Assembly (NCBI RefSeq): GCF_013315695.1
Contig: NZ_CP054353.1
Strand: one strand, 5' to 3'
Source: Escherichia coli
Lineage (GTDB): Bacteria; Pseudomonadota; Gammaproteobacteria; Enterobacterales; Enterobacteriaceae
DNA length: 64,000 nucleotides
Shown: positions 14,210 to 30,133 of the stretch, one piece after another
Layout: the number at the start of each line of letters is the position of its first letter
Numbering within the stretch: position 1 is the stretch's first letter
Program-made: the position numbers and the translations under genes
The notes under the pieces: model-generated
Seen by the model: only the letters and a program-made list of their open reading frames with translations
What the model was told of the DNA's origin: nothing
Database searches by the model: none

Positions 14210-15654
14210 CGCTGGATACGCTTAATGTGATGCTGGCCGTCAGCGAAGAGGGATTGATCGAAGAGATGATCATCGCGCTGCTGGCCTCACCGCAGCTGGC
14301 GGTCTTCTTTGAAAAATTCCCACGACTGAAGGCGGCTATCACTGATGATGTTCCCCGCTGGCGTGAGGCGCTGCGCAGTCGGCTGAAAGATGCCCGAGTC
14401 CCGCCGGAACTCACCGAAGAGGTGATGTGCTATCAGCAAAGCCAGCTCCTCTCCACGCCGCAGTTTATTGTGCAGCTACCACAGATCCTGGACTTACTGC
14501 ATCGTCTGAATTCCCCATGGGCAGAACAAGCCCGACAGTTGGTTGATGCTAACAGTACGATCACTTCAGCGTTACACACGCTTTTTCTCCAGCGCTGGCG
14601 TTTAAGCCTGATCGTGCAAGCAACGACGTTAAATCAGCAGCTATTAGAAGAAGAACGCGAACAACTGTTGAGTGAAGTTCAAGAACGCATGACGCTGAGC
14701 GGGCAACTTGAACCGATTCTCGCAGATAACAATACCGCAGCTGGTCGTCTGTGGGATATGAGCGCCGGTCAGCTTAAACGTGGCGACTATCAGTTGATTG
14801 TGAAATACGGTGAATTTCTTAACGAACAGCCGGAACTGAAACGTCTGGCAGAACAGCTGGGGCGTTCCCGGGAAGCCAAATCAATACCGCGCAACGATGC
14901 GCAGATGGAAACCTTCCGCACCCTGGTGCGCGAACCGGCGACGGTTCCTGAGCAGGTTGATGGTCTGCAACAAAGCGATGATATTTTACGTCTCCTGCCG
15001 CCAGAACTGGCGACACTAGGGATAACAGAACTGGAGTATGAGTTTTACCGTCGGCTGGTGGAAAAACAGTTGCTCACCTATCGCCTGCACGGTGAGTCGT
15101 GGCGTGAAAAAGTGATCGAACGCCCGGTGGTGCATAAAGATTACGACGAACAGCCGCGCGGACCGTTTATTGTCTGTGTGGATACTTCCGGCTCAATGGG
15201 CGGCTTTAATGAACAGTGTGCGAAAGCGTTCTGCCTGGCCTTGATGCGCATTGCTCTCGCTGAAAACCGGCGCTGCTATATTATGCTATTTTCCACCGAG
15301 ATCGTCCGTTATGAGCTTTCAGGCCCACAAGGCATCGAACAAGCAATCCGTTTTTTAAGCCAGCAGTTTCGTGGCGGCACCGATCTTGCCAGTTGTTTTC
15401 GCGCCATTATGGAACGCTTGCAAAGCAGGGAATGGTTTGATGCCGATGCGGTGGTGATTTCTGATTTTATCGCCCAGCGGTTGCCTGACGACGTGACGAG
15501 TAAAGTGAAAGAGCTACAGCGGGTACATCAGCATCGCTTTCATGCCGTGGCGATGTCGGCACATGGCAAACCCGGCATCATGCGCATTTTCGATCATATC
15601 TGGCGCTTTGATACCGGGATGCGAAGCCGCCTGCTCAGACGCTGGCGGCGATAA
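14203..15654 (+). CDS. viaA: von Willebrand factor A domain protein ViaA (483 aa)
   Basis: C-terminal VWA-type motif (VCVDTSGSM); overlaps ravA stop by 7 nt. Confidence 0.9.
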   Translation: MLTLDTLNVMLAVSEEGLIEEMIIALLASPQLAVFFEKFPRLKAAITDDVPRWREALRSRLKDARVPPELTEEVMCYQQSQLLSTPQFIVQLPQILDLLHRLNSPWAEQARQLVDANSTITSALHTLFLQRWRLSLIVQATTLNQQLLEEEREQLLSEVQERMTLSGQLEPILADNNTAAGRLWDMSAGQLKRGDYQLIVKYGEFLNEQPELKRLAEQLGRSREAKSIPRNDAQMETFRTLVREPATVPEQVDGLQQSDDILRLLPPELATLGITELEYEFYRRLVEKQLLTYRLHGESWREKVIERPVVHKDYDEQPRGPFIVCVDTSGSMGGFNEQCAKAFCLALMRIALAENRRCYIMLFSTEIVRYELSGPQGIEQAIRFLSQQFRGGTDLASCFRAIMERLQSREWFDADAVVISDFIAQRLPDDVTSKVKELQRVHQHRFHAVAMSAHGKPGIMRIFDHIWRFDTGMRSRLLRRWRR

Positions 15655-15658
15655 ACAA

Positions 15659-16651
15659 TTACAGCAGAGAAGGGACGCTCTCGCGAACAGCAGCTGGCCA
15701 TACACCACACTGAACCTGGCCGATATGTGGCAGTTGCAGCAGCAGCATGGTCAAACGAGACTGCCCGATACCGCCGCCGATGGTCTGCGGCATTTCACCG
15801 CGCAGCAGCGCCTGATGCCACTCCAGCTCCAGGCGATCTTCGTCACCGGTCAGCGCCAGCTGATGCTTCAGCGTGTCGGCATCCACGCGGATCCCCATGG
15901 AAGAAAGCTCAAACGCATCTTCCAGTACCGGGTTCCATACCAGAATATCGCCGTTCAGACCCGCATGGCCCAGCTCTGACGGGGTGCTCCAGTCATCATA
16001 ATCCGGTGCGCGCACGTCATGGCGATGACCATCGCTCAGCTTGCCGCCAATCCCGACCAGGAATACCGCGCCAAGATCTTTCGCAATCGCCCGCTCACGC
16101 CCTTTGGCATCGAGCTCCGGATAACGAGACAGTAACTCCTGGCTGTGTACGAAGTGGATCTGATCCGGCAGGAACGGAGCCAGGCCAAACTCTTCGCTAA
16201 CCGCAGCTTCGGTTGCTTTAATTCCCTCCCAGATCGCCTCTACCGTGCTTTTCAGAGTCGAGAATTGACGCTCGCCGTCGCCCATTACGCGTTCCCAGTC
16301 CCACTGGTCAACATAGACCGAGTGCAGCGGGGAAAGACGGTCTTCATCGGGGCGAAGGGCTTTCATGTGCGTGTACAGCCCTTCGCCCGCGCTGAAGTCG
16401 TGTTGCCCTAAGGTCTGACGTTTCCACTTCGCCAGTGAATGAACCACTTCGAACTGGGCATCAGGCAGAGCTTTCACTTTTACCTGCACCGCTTTTTCAC
16501 AGCCCGACAAGTTATCCTGCGTGCCATCCCCCACACGGCTAAGAATCGGCGCCTGGACTTCGATCAGCCCCAGACGTTCTTCCAGTTGACGAGAAAAGTG
16601 AGATTTCACGAAGCTAATTTGGCGTTGTTTGGCAATGTAAGCGGTTTTCAT
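15659..16651 (-). CDS. asnA: Aspartate-ammonia ligase (asparagine synthetase A), 330 aa
   Basis: Translation [38 protein letters not shown]... matches AsnA as I remember it. Confidence 0.95.
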   Translation of the reverse strand: MKTAYIAKQRQISFVKSHFSRQLEERLGLIEVQAPILSRVGDGTQDNLSGCEKAVQVKVKALPDAQFEVVHSLAKWKRQTLGQHDFSAGEGLYTHMKALRPDEDRLSPLHSVYVDQWDWERVMGDGERQFSTLKSTVEAIWEGIKATEAAVSEEFGLAPFLPDQIHFVHSQELLSRYPELDAKGRERAIAKDLGAVFLVGIGGKLSDGHRHDVRAPDYDDWSTPSELGHAGLNGDILVWNPVLEDAFELSSMGIRVDADTLKHQLALTGDEDRLELEWHQALLRGEMPQTIGGGIGQSRLTMLLLQLPHIGQVQCGVWPAAVRESVPSLL

Positions 16652-16802
16652 TTTTTATACTCCTGCGTCCTGTTGCTTATGATTAAGCAACAAAAACCGA
16701 CACACATGCAATAATCATTCAATAAAAAGCCTCACGTACTTTTGATTCATTAAAAAAGAAGGCTAAAATAGAATGAATCATCAATCCGCATAAGAAAATC
16801 CT

Positions 16803-17261
16803 ATGGAAAATTATCTGATCGACAATCTGGACCGAGGCATCCTGGAAGCATTAATGGGCAATGCGCGCACCGCTTACGCCGAACTGGCGAAACAATTTGG
16901 CGTCAGTCCGGGGACGATTCACGTTCGAGTAGAGAAAATGAAGCAGGCGGGGATCATTACCGGGGCGCGTATTGATGTCAGCCCGAAGCAGCTTGGTTAT
17001 GACGTAGGCTGCTTTATCGGCATTATATTAAAGAGCGCCAAAGACTATCCTTCCGCGCTGGCAAAGCTGGAAAGCCTCGATGAAGTCACTGAAGCCTATT
17101 ACACAACCGGCCACTACAGCATCTTTATAAAAGTGATGTGCCGTTCGATCGATGCTCTCCAGCATGTACTTATCAACAAGATCCAAACAATTGATGAAAT
17201 TCAGTCCACCGAGACACTGATCGTCCTGCAGAACCCGATCATGCGTACCATTAAGCCCTGA
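16803..17261 (+). CDS. asnC: Lrp/AsnC-family regulator AsnC (152 aa)
   Basis: Divergent from asnA; N-terminal HTH, Lrp-family fold. Confidence 0.95.
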   Translation: MENYLIDNLDRGILEALMGNARTAYAELAKQFGVSPGTIHVRVEKMKQAGIITGARIDVSPKQLGYDVGCFIGIILKSAKDYPSALAKLESLDEVTEAYYTTGHYSIFIKVMCRSIDALQHVLINKIQTIDEIQSTETLIVLQNPIMRTIKP

Positions 17262-17350
17262 TCGGCTTTTTTAATCCCATACTTTTCCACAGGTAGATCC
17301 CAACGCGTTCACAGCGTACAATACGCCACTCTTAATAAAGGTGGCGGTTT

Positions 17351-17794
17351 ATGGCAGATATCACTCTTATCAGCGGCAGCACCCTCGGCGGTGCCGAATA
17401 TGTAGCAGAACACCTGGCTGAAAAGCTGGAAGAGGCGGGTTTTACCACCGAAACGCTGCACGGTCCGCTGTTGGAAGATTTATCTGCCTCTGGGATCTGG
17501 CTGGTTATCAGCTCAACCCACGGTGCCGGAGATATTCCGGACAACCTTTCTCCTTTCTATGAAGCATTGCAGAAACAGAAGCCCGATCTTTCTGCGGTCC
17601 GCTTTGGCGCAATCGGTATTGGTAGTCGTGAATATGACACCTTTTGTGGGGCTATTGATAAACTCGAGGCTGAACTCAAAAATTCCGGTGCAAAACAGAC
17701 GGGCGAAACACTGAAGATCAACATTCTTGATCACGACATTCCGGAAGATCCGGCAGAAGAATGGCTGGGATCGTGGATTAATTTACTCAAATAA
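17351..17794 (+). CDS. mioC: Flavodoxin-like FMN protein MioC (147 aa)
   Basis: Flavodoxin motif TLISGSTLGGAEYVAEH; ends 5 bp before oriC. Confidence 0.95.
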   Translation: MADITLISGSTLGGAEYVAEHLAEKLEEAGFTTETLHGPLLEDLSASGIWLVISSTHGAGDIPDNLSPFYEALQKQKPDLSAVRFGAIGIGSREYDTFCGAIDKLEAELKNSGAKQTGETLKINILDHDIPEDPAEEWLGSWINLLK

Positions 17795-17799
17795 GTATA

Positions 17800-18075
17800 C
17801 AGATCGTGCGATCCACTGTGGATAACTCTGTCAGGAAGCTTGGATCAACCGGTAGTTATCCAAAGAACAACGGTTGTTCAGTTTTTGAGTTGTGTATAAC
17901 CCCTCATTCTGATCCCAGCTTATACTGTCCAGGATCACCGATCATTCACAGTTAATGATCCTTTCCAGGTTGTTGATCTTAAAAGCCGGATCCTTGTTAT
18001 CCACAGGGCAGTGCGATCCTAATAAGAGATCACAATAGAACAGATCTCTAAATAAATAGATCTTCTTTTTAACAC
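17800..18075. other. Chromosomal replication origin oriC
   Basis: Matches the canonical E. coli oriC in reverse-complement orientation: DnaA box TGTGGATAA at 17817-17825 (R4), TTATCCACA at 17997-18005 (R1), three AT-rich 13-mers (18019-18031, 18034-18046, 18050-18062) and dense GATC sites. Confidence 0.95.
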
Positions 18076-18172
18076 CCAGGATCCCAGGTCTTTCTCAAGC
18101 CGACAAAGTTGAGTAGAATCCACGGCCCGGGCTTCAATCCATTTTCATACCGCGTTATGCGAGGCAATCACC

Positions 18173-20062
18173 ATGTTTTATCCGGATCCTTTTGACGTCA
18201 TCATCATTGGCGGGGGTCATGCAGGCACCGAGGCCGCGATGGCCGCGGCGCGTATGGGTCAACAGACTCTGCTTTTGACACACAATATCGACACTCTGGG
18301 GCAGATGAGCTGCAACCCGGCGATCGGCGGTATTGGGAAGGGACATCTGGTAAAAGAAGTGGATGCACTCGGCGGTCTGATGGCGAAAGCGATCGATCAG
18401 GCGGGTATCCAGTTTAGGATACTAAACGCAAGCAAAGGACCGGCGGTTCGCGCTACCCGAGCTCAGGCAGATCGTGTGCTCTACCGTCAGGCGGTACGTA
18501 CGGCGCTGGAGAACCAACCGAACCTGATGATCTTCCAGCAGGCGGTTGAAGATCTTATTGTCGAAAACGATCGCGTGGTCGGTGCCGTTACCCAAATGGG
18601 ACTGAAGTTCCGTGCCAAAGCTGTCGTGCTCACCGTTGGAACGTTCCTCGACGGTAAAATTCATATCGGTCTGGATAATTACAGCGGTGGCCGTGCTGGT
18701 GATCCGCCGTCCATTCCGCTTTCTCGCCGTTTGCGTGAACTGCCGCTGCGCGTTGGTCGTCTGAAAACCGGGACACCACCGCGTATTGATGCTCGAACCA
18801 TCGACTTTAGCGTACTGGCGCAACAGCATGGCGATAACCCAATGCCGGTATTCTCGTTTATGGGCAATGCGTCCCAGCATCCCCAGCAGGTGCCGTGTTA
18901 TATCACTCATACCAACGAGAAAACCCATGATGTGATCCGCAGTAACCTCGATCGTAGCCCAATGTACGCAGGGGTGATCGAAGGTGTCGGCCCACGCTAC
19001 TGCCCGTCGATCGAAGACAAAGTCATGCGCTTCGCCGACAGAAATCAGCATCAGATCTTCCTTGAACCGGAAGGGCTGACCTCAAACGAAATTTATCCGA
19101 ACGGTATCTCCACCAGCCTGCCGTTCGATGTGCAGATGCAAATCGTCCGCTCCATGCAGGGGATGGAAAACGCAAAGATCGTGCGTCCGGGTTATGCCAT
19201 TGAGTATGACTTCTTCGATCCACGCGACCTGAAACCGACGCTGGAGAGCAAGTTTATCCAGGGGCTGTTCTTTGCTGGTCAGATTAACGGCACTACCGGT
19301 TACGAAGAAGCCGCTGCGCAAGGTTTGCTGGCTGGTCTTAACGCTGCCCGTCTGTCTGCTGACAAAGAAGGTTGGGCTCCGGCGCGTTCTCAGGCGTATC
19401 TCGGCGTACTGGTTGATGACCTGTGCACTTTAGGAACCAAAGAACCGTATCGTATGTTTACTTCGCGCGCAGAATATCGTCTGATGCTGCGCGAAGATAA
19501 TGCGGATCTGCGTTTGACTGAAATCGGTCGTGAACTGGGCCTGGTGGATGACGAACGTTGGGCGCGCTTTAACGAGAAACTTGAGAATATCGAGCGTGAG
19601 CGTCAGCGTCTGAAATCGACCTGGGTAACCCCGTCGGCGGAAGCTGCAGCCGACGTGAATGCTCACCTGACTGCGCCACTTTCCCGTGAAGCCAGTGGTG
19701 AAGATCTGCTGCGTCGTCCGGAAATGACTTATGAAAAATTAACCACGCTGACGCCGTTTTCCCCTGCGTTGACAGACGAACAGGCGGCGGAACAGGTTGA
19801 GATTCAGGTTAAATACGAAGGTTATATCGCGCGCCAGCAAGATGAGATCGAAAAGCAACTGCGTAACGAGAACACCCTGCTACCAGCAACGCTGGATTAC
19901 CGCCAGGTATCCGGTCTTTCTAACGAAGTGATCGCCAAACTTAACGATCACAAACCGGCCTCTATCGGTCAGGCTTCGCGTATTTCTGGCGTCACGCCTG
20001 CGGCCATCTCCATTCTGCTGGTGTGGCTGAAAAAACAGGGTATGCTGCGTCGTAGCGCATAA
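18173..20062 (+). CDS. mnmG: tRNA uridine 5-carboxymethylaminomethyl modification enzyme MnmG (GidA), 629 aa
   Basis: FAD-binding motif [13 protein letters not shown]; oriC-adjacent as in K-12. Confidence 0.95.
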   Translation: MFYPDPFDVIIIGGGHAGTEAAMAAARMGQQTLLLTHNIDTLGQMSCNPAIGGIGKGHLVKEVDALGGLMAKAIDQAGIQFRILNASKGPAVRATRAQADRVLYRQAVRTALENQPNLMIFQQAVEDLIVENDRVVGAVTQMGLKFRAKAVVLTVGTFLDGKIHIGLDNYSGGRAGDPPSIPLSRRLRELPLRVGRLKTGTPPRIDARTIDFSVLAQQHGDNPMPVFSFMGNASQHPQQVPCYITHTNEKTHDVIRSNLDRSPMYAGVIEGVGPRYCPSIEDKVMRFADRNQHQIFLEPEGLTSNEIYPNGISTSLPFDVQMQIVRSMQGMENAKIVRPGYAIEYDFFDPRDLKPTLESKFIQGLFFAGQINGTTGYEEAAAQGLLAGLNAARLSADKEGWAPARSQAYLGVLVDDLCTLGTKEPYRMFTSRAEYRLMLREDNADLRLTEIGRELGLVDDERWARFNEKLENIERERQRLKSTWVTPSAEAAADVNAHLTAPLSREASGEDLLRRPEMTYEKLTTLTPFSPALTDEQAAEQVEIQVKYEGYIARQQDEIEKQLRNENTLLPATLDYRQVSGLSNEVIAKLNDHKPASIGQASRISGVTPAAISILLVWLKKQGMLRRSA

Positions 20063-20125
20063 CGCATTAAAAATGCCTGGTAAGCACCCGCTTACCGGGC
20101 AACGCATCAAGAACAGGTAATCACC

Positions 20126-20749
20126 GTGCTCAACAAACTCACCTCTCTGCTGAAAGACGCAGGAATTTCGCTTACCGATCACCAGAAAAACCAGCTAATT
20201 GCCTACGTGAATATGCTGCATAAATGGAATAAAGCGTACAACCTGACTTCGGTCCGCGATCCTAATGAGATGCTGGTACGCCATATTCTCGATAGCATTG
20301 TGGTGGCACCGTATCTGCAAGGTGAACGGTTTATCGATGTCGGCACCGGACCAGGACTGCCTGGCATTCCACTCTCTATCGTGCGTCCTGAAGCCCACTT
20401 CACGTTGTTGGATAGCCTTGGTAAACGCGTGCGTTTCCTTCGTCAGGTGCAACATGAGCTTAAACTGGAGAATATTGAGCCAGTACAGAGCAGGGTAGAA
20501 GAGTTTCCTTCTGAGCCGCCATTTGATGGCGTAATTAGCCGCGCTTTTGCCTCTCTGAACGATATGGTGAGCTGGTGCCACCATCTTCCTGGTGAGCAAG
20601 GTCGTTTCTACGCGCTGAAAGGCCAAATGCCGGAAGATGAAATCGCTTTGTTGCCCGAAGAATATCAGGTCGAATCAGTGGTTAAACTTCACGTTCCGGC
20701 CCTGGATGGCGAACGTCATCTGGTGATGATTAAAGCAAATAAAATTTAA
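20126..20749 (+). CDS. rsmG: 16S rRNA m7G527 methyltransferase RsmG (GidB), 207 aa
   Basis: SAM-methyltransferase motif [13 protein letters not shown]. Confidence 0.95.
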   Translation: MLNKLTSLLKDAGISLTDHQKNQLIAYVNMLHKWNKAYNLTSVRDPNEMLVRHILDSIVVAPYLQGERFIDVGTGPGLPGIPLSIVRPEAHFTLLDSLGKRVRFLRQVQHELKLENIEPVQSRVEEFPSEPPFDGVISRAFASLNDMVSWCHHLPGEQGRFYALKGQMPEDEIALLPEEYQVESVVKLHVPALDGERHLVMIKANKI

Positions 20750-20836
20750 TTTTTATCAAAAAAATCATAAAAAATTGACCGGTTAGACTGTTAACAACAA
20801 CCAGGTTTTCTACTGATATAACTGGTTACATTTAAC

Positions 20837-20881
20837 GCCACGTTCACTCTTTTGCATCAACAAAGTAACGTGGCTTTTTTT
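20837..20881 (+). terminator. Intrinsic terminator downstream of rsmG
   Basis: GCCACGTT ... AACGTGGC stem followed by TTTTTTT. Confidence 0.65.
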
Positions 20882-21365
20882 GGTAAGCAGAAAATAAGTC
20901 ATAAGTGAAAATATCAGTCTGCTAAAAATCGGCGCTAAGAATCATCATTGGCTGTTAAAACATTATTAAAAATGTCAATGGGTGGTTTTTGTTGTGTAAA
21001 TGTCATTTATTAAAACAGTATCTGTTTTTAGACTGAAATATCATAAACTTGCAAAGGCATCATTTGCCAAGTAAATAAATATGCTGTGCGCGAACATGCT
21101 CAATATGTGATCTGAAGCACGCTTTATCACCAGTGTTTACGCGTTATTTACAGTTTTTCATGATCGAACAGGGTTTGCAGAAAAGTCGCAATTGTATGCA
21201 CTGGAAAAATATTTAAACATTTATTCACCTTTTGGCTACTTATTGTTTGAAATCACGGGGGCGCACCGTATAATTTGACCGCTTTTTGATGCTTGACTCT
21301 AAGCCTTAAAGAAAGTTTTATACGACACGCGGCATACCTCGAAGGGAGCAGGAGTGAAAAACGTG

Positions 21366-22570
<1,205 letters not shown>

Positions 22571-22598
22571 TTTACCAACACTACTACGTTTTAACTGA

Positions 22599-22873
<275 letters not shown>

Positions 22874-22917
22874 TAAAGAGCAATATCAGAACGTTAACTA
22901 AATAGAGGCATTGTGCT

Positions 22918-23388
22918 GTGAATCTTAACGCAACAATCCTCGGCCAGGCCATCGCGTTTGTCCTGTTCGTTCTGTTCTGCATGAAGTACGTATGGCCGCC
23001 ATTAATGGCAGCCATCGAAAAACGTCAAAAAGAAATTGCTGACGGCCTTGCTTCCGCAGAACGAGCACATAAGGACCTTGACCTTGCAAAGGCCAGCGCG
23101 ACCGACCAGCTGAAAAAAGCGAAAGCGGAAGCCCAGGTAATCATCGAGCAGGCGAACAAACGCCGCTCGCAGATTCTGGACGAAGCTAAAGCTGAAGCAG
23201 AGCAGGAACGTACTAAAATCGTGGCCCAGGCGCAGGCGGAAATTGAAGCCGAGCGTAAACGTGCCCGTGAAGAGCTGCGTAAGCAAGTTGCTATCCTGGC
23301 TGTTGCTGGCGCCGAGAAGATCATCGAACGTTCCGTGGATGAAGCTGCTAACAGCGACATCGTGGATAAACTTGTCGCTGAACTGTAA
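22918..23388 (+). CDS. atpF: F0F1 ATP synthase subunit b (GTG start)
   Basis: 156 aa, N-terminal TM helix then long charged helix. Confidence 0.95.
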
Positions 23389-23402
23389 GGAGGGAGGGGC
23401 TG

Positions 23403-23936
23403 ATGTCTGAATTTATTACGGTAGCTCGCCCCTACGCCAAAGCAGCTTTTGACTTTGCCGTCGAACACCAAAGTGTAGAACGCTGGCAGGACATGCTGGC
23501 GTTTGCCGCCGAGGTAACCAAAAACGAACAAATGGCAGAGCTTCTCTCTGGCGCGCTTGCGCCAGAAACGCTCGCCGAGTCGTTTATCGCAGTTTGTGGT
23601 GAGCAACTGGACGAAAACGGTCAGAACCTGATTCGGGTAATGGCCGAAAATGGTCGTCTTAACGCGCTCCCGGATGTTCTGGAGCAGTTTATTCACCTGC
23701 GTGCTGTGAGTGAGGCTACCGCTGAGGTAGACGTCATTTCCGCTGCCGCACTGAGTGAACAACAGCTCGCGAAAATTTCTGCTGCGATGGAAAAACGTCT
23801 GTCACGCAAAGTTAAGCTGAATTGCAAAATCGATAAGTCTGTAATGGCAGGCGTTATCATCCGAGCGGGTGATATGGTCATTGATGGCAGCGTACGCGGT
23901 CGTCTTGAGCGCCTTGCAGACGTCTTGCAGTCTTAA
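23403..23936 (+). CDS. atpH: F0F1 ATP synthase subunit delta
   Basis: 177 aa, operon position. Confidence 0.95.
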
Positions 23937-23948
23937 GGGGACTGGAGC

Positions 23949-25490
23949 ATGCAACTGAATTCCACCGAAATCAGCGAACTGATCAAGCAGCGCATTGCTC
24001 AGTTCAATGTTGTGAGTGAAGCTCACAACGAAGGTACTATTGTTTCTGTAAGTGACGGTGTTATCCGCATTCACGGCCTGGCCGATTGTATGCAGGGTGA
24101 AATGATCTCCCTGCCGGGTAACCGTTACGCTATCGCACTGAACCTCGAGCGCGACTCTGTAGGTGCGGTTGTTATGGGTCCGTACGCTGACCTTGCCGAA
24201 GGCATGAAAGTTAAGTGTACTGGCCGTATCCTGGAAGTTCCGGTTGGCCGTGGCCTGCTGGGCCGTGTGGTTAACACTCTGGGTGCACCAATCGACGGTA
24301 AAGGTCCGCTGGATCACGACGGCTTCTCTGCTGTAGAAGCAATCGCTCCGGGCGTTATCGAACGTCAGTCCGTAGATCAGCCGGTACAGACCGGTTATAA
24401 AGCCGTTGACTCCATGATCCCAATTGGTCGTGGTCAGCGTGAATTGATCATCGGTGACCGTCAGACCGGTAAAACCGCACTGGCTATCGATGCCATCATC
24501 AACCAGCGCGATTCCGGTATCAAATGTATCTATGTCGCTATCGGCCAGAAAGCGTCCACCATTTCTAACGTGGTACGTAAACTGGAAGAGCACGGCGCAC
24601 TGGCTAACACCATCGTTGTGGTAGCAACCGCGTCTGAATCCGCTGCACTGCAATATCTGGCACCGTACGCTGGTTGCGCAATGGGCGAATACTTCCGTGA
24701 CCGCGGTGAAGATGCGCTGATCATTTACGATGACCTGTCTAAACAGGCTGTTGCTTACCGTCAGATCTCCCTGCTGCTCCGTCGTCCGCCAGGACGTGAA
24801 GCATTCCCGGGCGACGTATTCTACCTCCACTCTCGTCTGCTGGAGCGTGCTGCGCGTGTTAACGCCGAATACGTTGAAGCCTTCACCAAAGGTGAAGTGA
24901 AAGGGAAAACCGGTTCTCTGACCGCGCTGCCGATTATCGAAACTCAGGCGGGTGACGTTTCTGCGTTCGTTCCGACCAACGTAATCTCCATTACCGATGG
25001 TCAGATCTTCCTGGAAACCAACCTGTTCAACGCCGGTATTCGTCCTGCGGTTAACCCGGGTATTTCCGTATCCCGTGTTGGTGGTGCAGCACAGACCAAG
25101 ATCATGAAAAAACTGTCCGGTGGTATCCGTACCGCTCTGGCACAGTATCGTGAACTGGCAGCGTTCTCTCAGTTTGCATCCGACCTTGACGATGCAACAC
25201 GTAAGCAGCTTGACCACGGTCAGAAAGTGACCGAACTGCTGAAACAGAAACAGTATGCGCCGATGTCCGTAGCGCAACAGTCTTTGGTTCTTTTCGCAGC
25301 AGAACGTGGTTACCTGGCGGATGTTGAACTGTCGAAAATCGGCAGCTTCGAAGCCGCTCTGCTGGCTTACGTCGACCGTGATCACGCTCCGTTGATGCAA
25401 GAGATCAACCAGACCGGTGGCTACAACGACGAAATCGAAGGCAAGCTGAAAGGCATCCTCGATTCCTTCAAAGCAACCCAATCCTGGTAA
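23949..25490 (+). CDS. atpA: F0F1 ATP synthase subunit alpha
   Basis: 513 aa, Walker A GDRQTGKT. Confidence 0.97.
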
Positions 25491-25540
25491 CGTCTGGCGG
25501 CTTGCCTTAGGGCAGGCCGCAAGGCATTGAGGAGAAGCTC

Positions 25541-27813
<2,273 letters not shown>

Positions 27814-27833
27814 CGCCTTAATCGGAGGGTGAT

Positions 27834-28253
27834 ATGGCAATGACTTACCACCTGGACGTCGTCAGTGCAGAGCAACAAATGTTCTCTGGTCTGGTCGAGA
27901 AAATCCAGGTAACGGGTAGCGAAGGTGAATTGGGGATCTACCCTGGCCACGCACCGCTGCTCACCGCCATTAAGCCTGGTATGATTCGCATCGTGAAACA
28001 GCACGGTCACGAAGAGTTTATCTATCTGTCTGGCGGCATTCTTGAAGTGCAGCCTGGCAACGTGACCGTTCTGGCCGACACCGCAATTCGCGGCCAGGAT
28101 CTCGACGAAGCGCGAGCCATGGAAGCGAAACGTAAGGCTGAAGAGCACATTAGCAGCTCTCACGGCGACGTAGATTACGCTCAGGCGTCTGCGGAACTGG
28201 CCAAAGCGATCGCGCAGCTGCGCGTTATCGAGTTGACCAAAAAAGCGATGTAA
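27834..28253 (+). CDS. atpC: F0F1 ATP synthase subunit epsilon
   Basis: 139 aa, operon position. Confidence 0.95.
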
Positions 28254-28272
28254 CACCGGCTTGAAAAGCACA

Positions 28273-28304
28273 AAAGCCAGTCTGGAAACAGGCTGGCTTT
28301 TTTT
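28273..28304 (+). terminator. Intrinsic terminator of the atp operon
   Basis: AAAGCCAG ... CTGGCTTT stem followed by a T-run. Confidence 0.75.
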
Positions 28305-28601
28305 ACGCGTGACCCGTCCTGAAGAGCGTTCACATAGATCCTGCTGATATAAAACCCCCTGTTTTCCCGTTTATTCATTGATCGAAATAAGAGCAAAAAC
28401 ATCCACCTGACGCTTAAATGAAGGTATTGCCTTAATTTTCTGCAGACAAAAGGCGTGACGATGGTCGAAAATGGCGCTTTCGTCAGCGGGGATAATCCGT
28501 TATTGAACAATTTATCCTCTGTCCATTTCACGATGAAAAAAATGTAGTTTTTTCAAGGTGAAGCGGTTTAAATTCGTTCTCAAATTACAGTCAGGACGCG
28601 T

Positions 28602-29972
28602 ATGTTGAATAATGCTATGAGCGTAGTGATCCTTGCCGCAGGCAAAGGCACGCGCATGTATTCCGATCTTCCGAAAGTGCTGCATACCCTTGCCGGGAAA
28701 GCGATGGTTCAGCATGTCATTGATGCTGCGAATGAATTAGGCGCAGCGCACGTTCACCTGGTTTACGGTCACGGCGGCGATCTGCTTAAACAGGCGCTGA
28801 AAGACGACAACCTGAACTGGGTGCTTCAGGCAGAACAGCTGGGTACAGGTCATGCGATGCAGCAGGCCGCACCTTTCTTTGCCGATGATGAAGACATTTT
28901 AATGCTCTACGGCGACGTGCCGCTGATCTCTGTCGAAACACTCCAGCGCCTGCGTGATGCTAAACCGCAGGGTGGCATTGGTCTGCTGACGGTAAAACTG
29001 GATGATCCGACCGGTTATGGACGTATCACCCGTGAAAACGGCAAAGTTACCGGCATTGTTGAGCACAAAGACGCCACCGACGAGCAGCGTCAGATTCAGG
29101 AGATCAACACCGGCATTCTGATTGCCAACGGCGCAGATATGAAACGCTGGCTGGCGAAGCTGACCAACAATAACGCGCAGGGTGAATACTACATCACCGA
29201 CATTATTGCGCTGGCGTATCAGGAAGGACGTGAAATCGTCGCCGTTCATCCGCAACGTTTAAGCGAAGTAGAAGGCGTGAATAACCGCCTGCAACTCTCC
29301 CGACTGGAGCGCGTTTACCAGTCCGAACAGGCTGAAAAACTGCTGTTAGCAGGCGTTATGCTGCGCGATCCGGCGCGTTTTGATCTGCGCGGTACGCTTA
29401 CTCACGGGCGCGATGTTGAAATTGATACTAACGTTATCATCGAGGGCAACGTGACTCTCGGTCATCGCGTGAAAATCGGCACCGGTTGTGTGATTAAAAA
29501 CAGCGTGATTGGCGATGATTGCGAAATTAGCCCGTATACCGTTGTGGAAGACGCGAATCTGGCGGCGGCCTGTACCATTGGCCCGTTTGCCCGTCTGCGT
29601 CCTGGTGCTGAGTTGCTGGAAGGTGCACACGTCGGTAACTTCGTTGAGATGAAAAAAGCGCGTCTGGGTAAAGGCTCGAAAGCTGGTCATCTGACTTACC
29701 TGGGCGATGCGGAAATTGGCGATAACGTTAACATCGGCGCGGGAACCATTACCTGCAACTACGATGGTGCGAATAAATTTAAGACCATTATCGGCGACGA
29801 TGTGTTTGTCGGTTCCGATACTCAGCTGGTGGCCCCGGTAACGGTAGGCAAAGGCGCAACCATTGCTGCGGGTACAACTGTGACGCGTAATGTCGGCGAA
29901 AATGCTCTGGCAATCAGCCGTGTGCCGCAGTCGCAAAAAGAAGGCTGGCGTCGTCCGGTAAAGAAAAAGTAA
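28602..29972 (+). CDS. glmU: Bifunctional GlcNAc-1-P uridyltransferase / GlcN-1-P acetyltransferase GlmU (456 aa)
   Basis: N-terminal LAAGKGTRM nucleotidyltransferase motif; C-terminal hexapeptide repeats. Confidence 0.95.
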   Translation: MLNNAMSVVILAAGKGTRMYSDLPKVLHTLAGKAMVQHVIDAANELGAAHVHLVYGHGGDLLKQALKDDNLNWVLQAEQLGTGHAMQQAAPFFADDEDILMLYGDVPLISVETLQRLRDAKPQGGIGLLTVKLDDPTGYGRITRENGKVTGIVEHKDATDEQRQIQEINTGILIANGADMKRWLAKLTNNNAQGEYYITDIIALAYQEGREIVAVHPQRLSEVEGVNNRLQLSRLERVYQSEQAEKLLLAGVMLRDPARFDLRGTLTHGRDVEIDTNVIIEGNVTLGHRVKIGTGCVIKNSVIGDDCEISPYTVVEDANLAAACTIGPFARLRPGAELLEGAHVGNFVEMKKARLGKGSKAGHLTYLGDAEIGDNVNIGAGTITCNYDGANKFKTIIGDDVFVGSDTQLVAPVTVGKGATIAAGTTVTRNVGENALAISRVPQSQKEGWRRPVKKK

Positions 29973-30133
29973 TTCTGGCTGGGAAATCCGGTCATATGGG
30001 ATGAGGAGATAACATAATCTCCCGCCCACAAGCAGTAACTATAAAAATAACCCCACTCTCTACAAGGCTCGGGGCGCCCGAAAAAACGGGCATACAGGTT
30101 GACCGACAACGATATAAATCGGAATCAAAAACT

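Noticed and set aside
18422-19051. 209-aa minus-strand ORF
   Set aside because: Antisense to mnmG.
20750-21353. 600-bp AT-rich rsmG-atpI intergenic region examined for an insertion or small gene
   Set aside because: Same length and position as the K-12 atp promoter region as I recall; only short overlapping ORFs, nothing coding-like.
23802-25481. 559-aa minus-strand ORF
   Set aside because: Antisense shadow of atpA; unusual composition; atpA is unambiguous on the plus strand.
29346-30029. 227-aa minus-strand ORF
   Set aside because: Antisense to glmU.
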